From positions 1 to 36,286 of IMG/VR virus record IMGVR_UViG_3300032303_000779: a DNA stretch of 36,286 bases. One strand, 5' to 3'. This document shows, one piece after another, positions 8,419 through 18,021 of this stretch; the first letter of the stretch is position 1; each line of letters begins with the position of its first letter. The DNA comes from a virus. Its lineage: Duplodnaviria; Caudoviricetes. A model generated the notes under the pieces. It was not told where the DNA came from. It saw nothing but the letters and a program-made list of their open reading frames with translations, and ran no database searches. The position numbers were made by a program, and so were the translations under genes.

Positions 8419-8670
8419 ATGGCCAGACCAAAAATATCAGCAATAGAATCAACTAGAGTAGGCATGTTTGAATGGACAGTGGCCGAAACACCGGCCTACT
8501 GGGCAGTGCTACGCTATGAACAGCCCATCTACATAGTCAAGCAACACTGGTTGCAGGATAGAAAAAACTATCCCAGGACCACATTTAGCAACGCGGCACA
8601 TGCACAGAACTTGGCTGACAAGCTGAATGGCCTGTTTGAGACATCAGCCTATACCATAAGGAAATTATGA
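8419..8670 (+). CDS. Hypothetical protein MARPK...FSNAAHAQNLADKLN
   Basis: 83 aa from ATG 8419, just after the TAAATA box. Confidence 0.75.
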   Translation: MARPKISAIESTRVGMFEWTVAETPAYWAVLRYEQPIYIVKQHWLQDRKNYPRTTFSNAAHAQNLADKLNGLFETSAYTIRKL

Positions 8671-8765
8671 TCAACTACACACAAAACGGACCAGGACCCA
8701 TCCGAGTGCCCAACCGTCAAGCACCCAAACCCAATCCCAGTCCTATTCCCATCAGACAAAAATAG
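8667..8765 (+). CDS. 32-aa proline-rich peptide (not in ORF track)
   Basis: AAGGA RBS, ATGA overlap with the upstream stop; MINYTQNGPGPIRVPNRQAPKPNPSPIPIRQK. Confidence 0.5.
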   Translation: MINYTQNGPGPIRVPNRQAPKPNPSPIPIRQK

Positions 8766-8807
8766 CTTGTTTGACCCAGGTTCAGATTCAACAGCATAAG
8801 TAAATGT

Positions 8808-9173
8808 ATGACAACGGAAAAACATTCAGATCATTCCGTCCGCGAAAAGATCAGTAGTCGCGGCGGTGCCAGAGCAGGTGCAGGCCGTCCCAAGGGTTCA
8901 ACTGACAAGCTGACCGCACGCCTGCTGTTGGAAACATGCCAACAGGTCATAGGCAAGCCATTTGAAGTCAGCCTGTTGGAAGGCTATAGAGATACCATAC
9001 TAAACGGTGATGCTCGCAACAGAGCCACATATGAAAAGATGCTGTTGGACAAGGTGTCCAGCACCTTGATCGAAGCAGAAGTAACTGACTCAGAAGATGG
9101 TGTTGCTGCCAAGGCCCTGGCATTCCAAGAAGCCCTGGCTAAACTGGCCTCTTTAAACGAATCAACTAAATAA
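8808..9173 (+). CDS. Probable terminase small subunit / DNA-binding protein
   Basis: RGGARAGAGRPKGS motif common at TerS-like N-termini; TAAGTA box (8797-8802) 5 nt before ATG; not adjacent to TerL. Confidence 0.5.
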   Translation: MTTEKHSDHSVREKISSRGGARAGAGRPKGSTDKLTARLLLETCQQVIGKPFEVSLLEGYRDTILNGDARNRATYEKMLLDKVSSTLIEAEVTDSEDGVAAKALAFQEALAKLASLNESTK

Positions 9174-9191
9174 TCCATACAAGGAACACTT

Positions 9192-9359
9192 ATGCCATTG
9201 ATCAAATCCAGTAGCAAAAAAGCAGTAGGCAAGAACATCAAACGAGAGATGGCAGCCGGACGCCCACAAAAACAAGCAGTAGCAATTGCTTTGACCGAGC
9301 GTCGTGAAGTAGCAAAAAAGCAAGGCCGTAAATTGCCTACAAAAGGAAAAACAAAATGA
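9192..9359 (+). CDS. 55-aa basic phage protein (not in ORF track)
   Basis: CTAAATA (9167-72), AAGGA RBS; MPLIKSSSKKAVGKNIKREMAAGRPQKQAVAIAL...; ATGA overlap with the next gene. Confidence 0.8.
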   Translation: MPLIKSSSKKAVGKNIKREMAAGRPQKQAVAIALTERREVAKKQGRKLPTKGKTK

Positions 9360-9757
9360 AAAAATATTCTGACAGTGTTCGCACAGCGTCATGGCAGTAT
9401 GATTCAGCAGACTATGCCGCAGGCATGGACAACAAAGATCATCCCAGCTACCGGGCCTTGAGCAAATACGCAGGCAACCCTAGCAAATCACCAAGCGGAT
9501 CACCAGACCATATCGACAAAGGTCGTGGTCCTACAAAAGGCAACATGGGCTGTGGTATTGAAGGTCCTGCATGTCCTCCATACAGTGCTGTGCCCAGTTC
9601 AATCAAGATCAAGAATCCTGATTACATCAACGGTGGTAGCCAAGTTCGCACACCAGGTGGCACAAGAACATGGGATCCCAAAGGAACTCAAAACTACAAG
9701 GGCAATCCAGACCGTATCAATGAAGGTCGTGGACCAACCAAAGGGAACAGTCAATAA
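9356..9757 (+). CDS. Disordered basic protein with repeated PD.I..GRGPTKGN motif
   Basis: Motif occurs twice in full plus one partial copy. Confidence 0.7.
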   Translation: MKKYSDSVRTASWQYDSADYAAGMDNKDHPSYRALSKYAGNPSKSPSGSPDHIDKGRGPTKGNMGCGIEGPACPPYSAVPSSIKIKNPDYINGGSQVRTPGGTRTWDPKGTQNYKGNPDRINEGRGPTKGNSQ

Positions 9758-10113
9758 TGTCTACAGTGTTTAGACCCTTGGGTCCTACTACCTTTCTCAG
9801 TGCCAACACCGCAGGTGTGCAGGCCAACATTGTGAGTTCTGGTGCAGTAACCGCAACCTACTTGAAAATTGACAATATCAACAATGCCAATGTGGATGCG
9901 TTTGTAAACTTTGGCACAGCCAACACCACAGCGGCCACCATTGCCAATGCCACCTCAACTGGCAACAGCGTTGTGGTGCAACACAATGACACCATATATC
10001 TTGCCACTGCAAGTGGATTCAATCAAGAGCCAGCAAACAAATTATATATTGCTGGTATCACAGCAAGTGGCACAGCCAACTTGTATATCACGCCAGTGGC
10101 TATAGTCAATTAA
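9757..10113 (+). CDS. Small beta-rich probable virion decoration protein
   Basis: Thr/Ala/Asn-rich 118 aa, coupled start. Confidence 0.5.
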   Translation: MSTVFRPLGPTTFLSANTAGVQANIVSSGAVTATYLKIDNINNANVDAFVNFGTANTTAATIANATSTGNSVVVQHNDTIYLATASGFNQEPANKLYIAGITASGTANLYITPVAIVN

Positions 10114-10123
10114 GGAAAACACT

Positions 10124-10897
10124 ATGCCAACCACAATAACTCCTGCAGTAGAAACAGTTGTCAACACAGGCAGTCAAAACCTGTTTACCATCAGCACAGT
10201 CACAACCATTCCAGCAGTGCAACCCGCCAATGTTCAAATCACTGGCAGCAATGGCACATTTAGTTCAGATGGATTTAACTGTTACAATGTGGGTGATACC
10301 ATAACCATTAGTGGAACTCCAGGCGGCAATGTCATCATCACTGGCTACACCGATCCAACCACTTACTACATTATCAACACCAATGGCGGCACCACATTTC
10401 AATTGAGTGCCACAGCAGGCGGTGCCAACATTGTGACCGCAAGTGGTCCTACCACAGGCTTGAGCTTTGCCGCTTCGGGCACAGCATTTCCTGCCAAAGC
10501 AGGTGCTGTTCAATACAACACAACTACAACACCACAAACAGTGACCTATAGTGCTGTCACAGCCAATGTGGGCACAGCCATTACCAGCAATGTGACCACT
10601 GGTGTGTTCAGCTTGACAGCCAATGTGGCCAACATAGCTTATCAATTAAACGGTTTTGTGACGGTGACAGCCACACCGGCTGTGTATGGTTGGGTCAACA
10701 CAGCCACTGGTGCTGCTATTGGACCCACAGCAACAGCAGGCACACCACTTAGCACCACCTATGTCAAAAGCACAGCCAACACAGTCACAGTAGGCCTAAG
10801 AGTCAGCACAGTGGATGGAGGGCCTTTTGCCTATCCCACACAGATACAAGCGGCCGCTGCCACAGTATCAGAACTATCAGGCTACACAGTAGCATAA
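10124..10897 (+). CDS. Thr-rich probable virion structural protein
   Basis: GDTITISG...YYIINT..TTFQLSATAGG beta module typical of virion proteins; RBS AAGGA. Confidence 0.55.
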   Translation: MPTTITPAVETVVNTGSQNLFTISTVTTIPAVQPANVQITGSNGTFSSDGFNCYNVGDTITISGTPGGNVIITGYTDPTTYYIINTNGGTTFQLSATAGGANIVTASGPTTGLSFAASGTAFPAKAGAVQYNTTTTPQTVTYSAVTANVGTAITSNVTTGVFSLTANVANIAYQLNGFVTVTATPAVYGWVNTATGAAIGPTATAGTPLSTTYVKSTANTVTVGLRVSTVDGGPFAYPTQIQAAAATVSELSGYTVA

Positions 10898-10907
10898 GGA
10901 ACTCCAA

Positions 10908-11225
10908 ATGAAAACAACCAAAAACCCACAATCCAAACCCATCAATCAGAAGCGTGGTCCAACCACAGGCAATGGTAACGACGGTGAAAAACGCAAGACA
11001 TTTATCAAAGAAAAGGCCGACTCAGGCAATGAACGCACACGCTTGGCAGACTTTGTTATGGATGCCTTGGCCATGCGTGGTCGCGGTATGGCACCCAGCA
11101 TTGATCCAGCCTTGGAGAACATGAGCCCCAACAGTGGCCGAACTACAGGCATCAGCCGTAATCCCACAGCTGGTGGCACCCGATACAATGTCAAGAGCAA
11201 GACCCCAGGCAAGATCACTAAGTAA
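10908..11225 (+). CDS. Small basic hypothetical protein
   Basis: RBS AAGGA; INQKRGPTTGN resembles the motif in 9356..9757. Confidence 0.7.
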   Translation: MKTTKNPQSKPINQKRGPTTGNGNDGEKRKTFIKEKADSGNERTRLADFVMDALAMRGRGMAPSIDPALENMSPNSGRTTGISRNPTAGGTRYNVKSKTPGKITK

Positions 11226-11231
11226 TAGATC

Positions 11232-12554
11232 ATGAGTTACGGCACAAGTTCTGGCAACTCTGGCACTGGCACAGGTGGCAAGAGTGCCGGTGGTAATCCC
11301 AATGTGATTGGTGGTTATCAACCCACACAACAAGCACAAACAAATTTCAGTCAAGGTGTAGCCACACAGCCTGGTCCCACACAAGGTGGGCTCAACAACA
11401 TTGGTGGAGTCAATGCAGGACAAGGGTTTGATTCAGCCGCACAAAATTTAAATCCATATGGCCCCATGGGCATGAGTTCGCAGACTGCGATTGGTGGGTC
11501 TGCTGGACAGTCTACAGGGACTGACTTGGCACCTATTATGATGGGCTATGTGGGCAGTGGTATAGCAGGTTGGGGACCCAATGGGGAAGGTTCCTATTTG
11601 AAAATGAACGCTGGTAGCCCAATTGGTCTACCCAACGGACAACAGTTGGACTTGAGTCCACAGTCGCAACAGCCACTGCCACAGAATAGTTTATTTAAAG
11701 ACTTTGGTAACGGTTATATGATGGACCAAAATGGCATGAATTTAGGCCCGGGACAAACAGATCCGTTTGCCCAGTATGGTCAATACGCTGACCGTATGCG
11801 GCAAGAGTTTGATACAATGAAAAACAATTATATTTCAGGAGTTAATAGTCCTGGTGCTCGGAATGAAGCCAATGATCAATATTATTCTAGTCCTGAAGGA
11901 TTTATTAACAATCAAGCAGATCAATTCTTAAACCAATATAAAATAAACGATTATTATACTAATAATAATCCAGACCAAAACCCATTTAACCAAAGTGGAA
12001 ATTATTGGAACCGTGGCATTGATTGGGACACAGGCTTGGACTATGGTCAAGGTGGCGAAATATATTCGGGTGGCCAACTTTACATACCACAGGGCAATGA
12101 CACTTATCTCAATGTTAACACTGGTAAAATAATGCGGCAAGAAATGCCCGAACAAGATCCTAATAATCCATTTGGAATTTTTATTGGTGGTAGTCCTAGG
12201 CCTGTATTCAAAGAGTATACTCAACCAGGCCAACCCGCACCAGCTCCAGTTGCCCGTCCAGTGGCACAACCTGTAGCCAAACCAGCACCTGCACCAATGC
12301 CCACACGGGCCACGCAGGGCTATGTGAGCCGTATACCCACAAGACCCACCAGTCCTGTGCCAGTCAAGGCACCTGTCAAGGCACCTGTCAAGGCACCTGC
12401 TCCTGCACCTAAACCAGTGGCCAAACCTGCCCCAGTGGCCAAACCTGTGGTTCAATCAGTGGCCAAGCCCGCACCCAAGCCTGTGGTTCAACCGACGGCC
12501 AAGCCAGTGGTAAAGGCCGCAGTAAAAGCCCCAGTTAAAATAATCAAACGCTAA
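11232..12554 (+). CDS. Low-complexity protein with Gly/Gln N-terminus and Pro/Ala/Val/Lys repeat C-terminus
   Basis: 440-aa ORF; PVKA/PVAKP repeats; CTAAGTA (11218-24) 7 nt before ATG. Confidence 0.75.
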   Translation: MSYGTSSGNSGTGTGGKSAGGNPNVIGGYQPTQQAQTNFSQGVATQPGPTQGGLNNIGGVNAGQGFDSAAQNLNPYGPMGMSSQTAIGGSAGQSTGTDLAPIMMGYVGSGIAGWGPNGEGSYLKMNAGSPIGLPNGQQLDLSPQSQQPLPQNSLFKDFGNGYMMDQNGMNLGPGQTDPFAQYGQYADRMRQEFDTMKNNYISGVNSPGARNEANDQYYSSPEGFINNQADQFLNQYKINDYYTNNNPDQNPFNQSGNYWNRGIDWDTGLDYGQGGEIYSGGQLYIPQGNDTYLNVNTGKIMRQEMPEQDPNNPFGIFIGGSPRPVFKEYTQPGQPAPAPVARPVAQPVAKPAPAPMPTRATQGYVSRIPTRPTSPVPVKAPVKAPVKAPAPAPKPVAKPAPVAKPVVQSVAKPAPKPVVQPTAKPVVKAAVKAPVKIIKR

Positions 12555-12606
12555 ATAAAGATACTTGCAGAGCAAGTTTGTAGTATAGAATAGAAAAGGT
12601 AACGCA

Positions 12607-13413
12607 ATGAAAAAAACAACTCCCACCCCTGAATCCAAAACGCTTGATACCGAAGCCAACCCCTGGAACGACGCCGCAGTTGATCCTGCTGACACCGTTA
12701 CCATCAAAGAACAAATCAAAGAAACCATTGTCAAGCATGCTATTGAAACAGAATATGATTTGGAAGGTCTCATGAATGACTTCCCAACAGCTACCGAATT
12801 GGAACGCTTTGTGTATGACCAAACTGGCTACACACTCAACCTGAAAGGTCGTGCCCAGAAATTAAAATACCAAGTGGCCATGGATGTGTTGAATGGTGAG
12901 TCAGTTGATCCAAAATTCTTGACCGGTGACAATCCCTACATTGACCGTGCTGACCTGGTGCCAGTGGAAGACCTTCGTCCAGTGCCGCCTCGTGCCGCAG
13001 ACTTGCCGGACGAAACAGAACTACAAAATCAATTTTACACACCATTTATTCCACATAGTGATGCGGACTATCGTGCCCGTGGCAAGAAAGTTCATACAGT
13101 GTTTCGCAAATACAAGAACGGCATGATTTCATATGAAGTGTTGGGACCAATCGAACCCAAGGCCATTGGTGAAAAGATGGACAAGTTTGGCAAGATGCGT
13201 CCCGAACTGATGAGCTGGGTAGACCCACGCACAGGCGAACAAGTGGTAGTGCGTCGTGATGGCACCTTGACTCCACAAGGTCGTAATTTACGAGCTATCA
13301 TGCAGAAGATGCGTGTGAACAATACCAATCATTGGGAAATGTGGGTCAACCGTGACTTTGTAAATCTAGAAGGCGGTGAGCTACTAAATCCATGGGACAC
13401 AGACGCAAGTTGA
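12607..13413 (+). CDS. Hypothetical protein heading the terminase operon
   Basis: 268 aa; CTAAATA (12551-57) and AAGGT RBS upstream. Confidence 0.8.
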   Translation: MKKTTPTPESKTLDTEANPWNDAAVDPADTVTIKEQIKETIVKHAIETEYDLEGLMNDFPTATELERFVYDQTGYTLNLKGRAQKLKYQVAMDVLNGESVDPKFLTGDNPYIDRADLVPVEDLRPVPPRAADLPDETELQNQFYTPFIPHSDADYRARGKKVHTVFRKYKNGMISYEVLGPIEPKAIGEKMDKFGKMRPELMSWVDPRTGEQVVVRRDGTLTPQGRNLRAIMQKMRVNNTNHWEMWVNRDFVNLEGGELLNPWDTDAS

Positions 13414-13661
13414 TTGATCAAACGCAAGAAGCACAACGGGTAGCGGATGTCAAGATCCAACAGAAATTAGGTGCCGCACACCGTGAAGCTTTCCAACAAA
13501 AGTTTCCTGGACAGATCGAACACTGCATGCGACTGATTGCCGAGCGGCTACAGTCAGGCCTACGCAAAGATTCGGATCTGCAGATCAGTGATTGCAGTGC
13601 CAAGGACTTGAGTTGGGCCCTGCTTAATCTTTATCAGATACACGCAGAACTACAGGACTAG
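13410..13661 (+). CDS. Small helical hypothetical protein directly before TerL (alternative TerS candidate)
   Basis: Fills the gap; likely TTG start overlapping the upstream TGA (ATG 13392 also possible). Confidence 0.65.
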   Translation: MIDQTQEAQRVADVKIQQKLGAAHREAFQQKFPGQIEHCMRLIAERLQSGLRKDSDLQISDCSAKDLSWALLNLYQIHAELQD

Positions 13662-13664
13662 GGC

Positions 13665-15269
13665 ATGATAGATCCAGGCGTGCTGATGCGTCGTGCCCTG
13701 CGTTGGAGTTTGGAAACCAATGACCTCAAGCTGGAAAGCCTGGCCTTGATGGATCATGTCACACGGCAACATTTTGAAGATTTGGCCATGGCTGTAGCAG
13801 ATGACATGCAGTATAATCAACTGAAATACTTCAGGCCGTTTGATCACCAAAGGAAATTTTTTGAAACATATCATTCAGATCGTAGAGGCATACTTGCGGC
13901 GAACCGGATTGGCAAAACGGTATCCACATGCTATGAAACAGCTATGCACCTTTCGGGTCAGTATCCTGCGTGGTGGACGGGTCATAGGTTTGATCATCCC
14001 ATTACAGCCATGGTTGCAGGCGAAGGCTGGAGTCAAGTTGCAATGGTTCTACAAAACGAATTATTAGGCACACAGGATGTAAAGATCCGAGATCAATTGG
14101 GCACAGGAGCCATACCGCGGTCAGTCATCATAACAGAAACCATGCGGTCGGACGGTGCCAACTGTATGGGTGTAGAGATACGCCATCCGCGAGGCAAAAG
14201 CTACTTGTTGTTTGCCAACTACACACAGGAAACTCGTCAAATGCAGGGTTTCAAACTGAATCTGGCTGTGTTTGATGAGCAGCCACCAGATGACTTCTTC
14301 AGTGAGATAGTTACCAGAACAGCCACAACACAAGGAAAGATCCTATGCTCATTTACACCATTAAAAGGCTTGAACGGACTTGTCTCCAAGTTTTGGAATC
14401 GCGAGGCCGGTTACGATTTCATAAGAGTCGCGTGGGACGATGTTCCCGAATACGACCCATGGGGCGAAGCTTTCTTGCTAAAAGAAACACGAGCACAACT
14501 CGAGCGAGATTACTTGCCGCACGAACGCGAAGCCCGTATTGCTGGCAAACCCGTTATGGGACAAGGTGCTGTATTCCAAATCCGTAACTGGCCCACTTAC
14601 AAAACAGGTGACTACAACTTCCGTGAAATGAACAATATACATCGTATCATTGCCCTGGACTTGGGCTTGGTCAACGACAGAACAGTGATCAGCCTCATGT
14701 ATTGGAATCCCTACGAGCGTTGTGCTTGGTTGCATCGTCAAATCTGTGTGAGTGGCATTGAAGAAGCCAATCCCACTAACTATATCAATCACTTGATGCG
14801 TCCCGAAGTGTTTGGCACACCCATAGTGCTACCTGCAGATGGTGGAACACAGGGTCGTTATACCATGAGTGCCCTAAGCATTCGTGAACTGTTTGAGCAG
14901 TATGAATTGAATGTGTGGCCCAAGCCCATAATGAATCCGCCAGATGATCAAGGCAGGACCACCAACCATAAGGCCTATGGTATCAACCAGATGCGTCAAA
15001 TGCTGGAAGCCGGAACCTTTATGGTCAACGAAAACTGTGTGGATTTCCTGCGTGAAGCTCAAAACTACTATGTGGATCCACAAGGGCGTTTTAGTGATCC
15101 AGATGACACCATAGACTCAGCCCGTTATGCCCTGTTGGGTTGCCTAAATGACATTGCCGAACCTTGGGATAATCGCACAGCCCGCGAGCGTATGGCTGCC
15201 CAAAGAGACCGAATCCGTATGCCCCAACCCAAGTCAGCTGAATGGAAGAAAACTTTCAATCCAGGTTGA
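13665..15269 (+). CDS. terL: Terminase large subunit
   Basis: Walker A AANRIGKT, Walker B AVFDEQP, motif SFTP, RNase H-like ALDLG and DDTIDSARY. Confidence 0.95.
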   Translation: MIDPGVLMRRALRWSLETNDLKLESLALMDHVTRQHFEDLAMAVADDMQYNQLKYFRPFDHQRKFFETYHSDRRGILAANRIGKTVSTCYETAMHLSGQYPAWWTGHRFDHPITAMVAGEGWSQVAMVLQNELLGTQDVKIRDQLGTGAIPRSVIITETMRSDGANCMGVEIRHPRGKSYLLFANYTQETRQMQGFKLNLAVFDEQPPDDFFSEIVTRTATTQGKILCSFTPLKGLNGLVSKFWNREAGYDFIRVAWDDVPEYDPWGEAFLLKETRAQLERDYLPHEREARIAGKPVMGQGAVFQIRNWPTYKTGDYNFREMNNIHRIIALDLGLVNDRTVISLMYWNPYERCAWLHRQICVSGIEEANPTNYINHLMRPEVFGTPIVLPADGGTQGRYTMSALSIRELFEQYELNVWPKPIMNPPDDQGRTTNHKAYGINQMRQMLEAGTFMVNENCVDFLREAQNYYVDPQGRFSDPDDTIDSARYALLGCLNDIAEPWDNRTARERMAAQRDRIRMPQPKSAEWKKTFNPG

Positions 15270-15294
15270 CAATAAATTCACACAGTTGTATACT
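15266..15294 (+). promoter_or_regulatory. Consensus sigma70 promoter of a moron gene
   Basis: TTGACA(15266-71)-17 nt-TATACT(15289-94), ATG 6 nt later. Confidence 0.85.
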
Positions 15295-15300
15295 GTGTGT

Positions 15301-15684
15301 ATGAAATGGTTAATTGTCCTGGTGTTTTTTGCCGCCTCAGTTCAAGCACAAACAGTGCCAGACTTGGCCATGCGTGGACAATTTGATCTACCCAGCAACA
15401 TAGTTAAAACAGTTGTGGTCCGGGGCTATGGTGAAACACCTGCACTAGCTCGACATGATGCGTTTAGAACTGCTGTAGAACATGTGGCCGGCATAGCTAT
15501 AGTATCAGAAACACAAGTTCATAACTGGCGTATACAGCGTGATCAAACAGCAACCTACAGTCAAGCACAGATCTCCAGCTTTCATGTGTTGAGTATGGAA
15601 ACTACTGCCCGAGGTTGGCAAACACAAATGTGGGTCACTGTGCGTAGTGCCTGCGAACGCAGTTCTTATAACTGTTCTAACTAG
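15301..15684 (+). CDS. Secreted/periplasmic protein (LPP20/FlgT-N-like fold), moron
   Basis: Signal peptide MKWLIVLVFFAASVQA; V.V.GYG.T...A...A...AVE..AG..I.SET pattern. Confidence 0.7.
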   Translation: MKWLIVLVFFAASVQAQTVPDLAMRGQFDLPSNIVKTVVVRGYGETPALARHDAFRTAVEHVAGIAIVSETQVHNWRIQRDQTATYSQAQISSFHVLSMETTARGWQTQMWVTVRSACERSSYNCSN

Positions 15685-15716
15685 AGGCTTACTACACCAC
15701 AAGATTCAGATCCTAC

Positions 15717-15722
15717 TAAATA
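15717..15722 (+). promoter_or_regulatory. TAAATA box ahead of the portal-scaffold-capsid operon
   Basis: Intergenic CTAAATA, AGGA 15731-34, ATG 15745. Confidence 0.7.
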
Positions 15723-15744
15723 ACTAATACAGGATCCTGAACAC

Positions 15745-18021
15745 ATGTTAGATATAAAACACAAAGTCATAATGCAGCTCAACACAAACAACAGCCAATT
15801 GGCCAGGTTTGTGAAACTCAAAGGCCAGTTGGATACCAAATGTGCGGCCTACCTACGCTACTTGGGCACAAAGAACGCTGTGAATCGTGCCTCTGACTAT
15901 CATTATCTTTGTCTAGCTGTAAGCGAATCAACAGCACCAGTAAACGGTATTGATTATATCCATCCAGTGGTCAAACCCTGCGTGGACTATGTTACAGCAG
16001 TGATTGCCAAAGGACTTGCTCCACAGGGCGAAATCAACTTTGATTTTGTGCCTGACACGGAATACGATGATGAAGCAGCTCGTCAAGCCACCAACATGGT
16101 CAGCCGTGTGCTAAATGAAGAAAACGATCCACACTTTATCCTACAGCGTTGGATCATGGATGCTTGCATGCACAAAAACGGCATGCTGATGGTGCTACCC
16201 AAGCGTGAACAGATTGTTCGCTATGTAGAAAGCACAGGCACACTAGATCAGCTGAGAGCATTTGAGCGTCAAGCAGAAGAATCTGGATTGACAGTGCTAC
16301 GCCAAAGCCGTAGAAAAGTAAAGATTGACATGGCTGCTGTAATCCAAGAGGCACAGGCCAACCTGGGTGGTCTAGAACAAGAAGCCGCACAAGGGTTGAT
16401 TGATGCACATTTAAACAACTTGGCAGCAATGAGTTTGGGTGCTGAATCTGAAGAAGTTGGCATTGATGAAGAAACCTTAATGGACGCCAATGAAGATGTG
16501 ATTGCTGATGCTATCCGTCGCAACAGCATCTACACTGCCAAATACAAATTAACAGGTTGGAGCTTGCATGTCAAGTTCCGCAACATTGCACAACACTACT
16601 GGATCTGTGATCCCACTGTGCAAGAAATGAAAGATCAAAGCTTCTGCGGATTCTATGATCCAATGAGCATACAAGAAGCAGTTCACCTGTATCCAGAACT
16701 GCAAGATCACATGGAAGAGTTCCGTGAGTTTGCTGAATACAATCAAAACGGTGCTTACCAAGCCGGCTCAGTGCTCAACAACTTGGCCATACATGCCAGA
16801 GATTCGGTGCCTGTCATGGGTATTCCAGTAGAGTCAGGTGTAGGTGCAGATCCAGACAGCCGTCAGATAACCATACTTACAGTATGGGACCGCTACGATA
16901 TAGACGGGGATGGTGAGCTAGAGCTGTGCGAAATAGTATTCTCTGGCAGTTACATTATTTCGGCCAAGGAAGTGGAATTCATTCCAGTGGCCAACATGTG
17001 TCCAAAACCCTTGCCAGGCAACTTTTACGGTATGAGTATTGCTGAATCCGTAATTCCCATGCAGGAATACATGACTTCAGGCCATCGTGCAGAAATCCTA
17101 CTAGGCTTGTTGACAGCTACACCGCGTATTGGTGTCAAACCTGACAAGGTTGACTTTGAAATGATCCAGGATGGCGAAGCTGCTATCTTTATTTTGGATA
17201 GTAAATTTGATCCTGCCACAGACATTTATCCAATGCCACCTCCGTCGGGCAATCTAGGCTTTATGGACAATGCCATGAACCGTATGCAACAGGACACACA
17301 GGCCATTATTGGCATGACCACACCACAAGATGTGTTCAATCCTGAAATTATGGCTGCTGGTAACTCGGGTGCCAAGCTACAAATGGCACTTGGACCCAAT
17401 CAAATCATACAAGACAACGCTGTGCGTAATTCAGCAGATGGACTCAAAGAAGCCATTTGGTTGGTATGGAGAACACTAATACAATACGGCGATGACTACA
17501 GCGTTAAAAAGCTGGCAGCCATGTTCCATCCCGATTCAAAACCCATATTCATGGACTATGATGCATGGGATGACATGAACTTCTGTGAACGCAAGCTGAT
17601 GCATTTGGAATTGGCACTTGGAATGCAGAGTGAAGAGAACCAATTACAGCGTCAACAGATTATTAACCAAAGTCAAACACAGTTATATACTCAAGTGCAG
17701 GGCATGGTTGCTCAAGGCACACTTACACCTGAGATCTACAAGAAGATCAAAAAGCCATTTGCTGACACACTTTATGTGTTGGGCGTAAAAGACTGCGATA
17801 CATACTTGCCAACCGATGATGAAATCGTAAAAATGATTGAGCAAGGACAAAAAGCCATGAGTAGCAAAGAGCCTACACCAGCTGAGAAGAAAGATCTATC
17901 AGTTGCTGAACTCAATGCAGCCAAGGCCACACAGGTCAAAGCAGAAATGGAAGGCATTGATGCTGAAAGCCAACTGGACTTTATGGCCATGGCACAAGGC
18001 AACCCCAAGGTTTATAACTAA
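15745..18021 (+). CDS. Portal protein (P22-like)
   Basis: 758 aa after TerL; YDIDGDGELEL, PLPGNFYGMSIAE motifs; Gln-rich helical C-terminus. Confidence 0.9.
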   Translation: MLDIKHKVIMQLNTNNSQLARFVKLKGQLDTKCAAYLRYLGTKNAVNRASDYHYLCLAVSESTAPVNGIDYIHPVVKPCVDYVTAVIAKGLAPQGEINFDFVPDTEYDDEAARQATNMVSRVLNEENDPHFILQRWIMDACMHKNGMLMVLPKREQIVRYVESTGTLDQLRAFERQAEESGLTVLRQSRRKVKIDMAAVIQEAQANLGGLEQEAAQGLIDAHLNNLAAMSLGAESEEVGIDEETLMDANEDVIADAIRRNSIYTAKYKLTGWSLHVKFRNIAQHYWICDPTVQEMKDQSFCGFYDPMSIQEAVHLYPELQDHMEEFREFAEYNQNGAYQAGSVLNNLAIHARDSVPVMGIPVESGVGADPDSRQITILTVWDRYDIDGDGELELCEIVFSGSYIISAKEVEFIPVANMCPKPLPGNFYGMSIAESVIPMQEYMTSGHRAEILLGLLTATPRIGVKPDKVDFEMIQDGEAAIFILDSKFDPATDIYPMPPPSGNLGFMDNAMNRMQQDTQAIIGMTTPQDVFNPEIMAAGNSGAKLQMALGPNQIIQDNAVRNSADGLKEAIWLVWRTLIQYGDDYSVKKLAAMFHPDSKPIFMDYDAWDDMNFCERKLMHLELALGMQSEENQLQRQQIINQSQTQLYTQVQGMVAQGTLTPEIYKKIKKPFADTLYVLGVKDCDTYLPTDDEIVKMIEQGQKAMSSKEPTPAEKKDLSVAELNAAKATQVKAEMEGIDAESQLDFMAMAQGNPKVYN

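Noticed and set aside
15148-15300. N-terminal extension of the 178-aa tracked ORF
   Set aside because: Overlaps terL; promoter and signal peptide indicate the start at 15301
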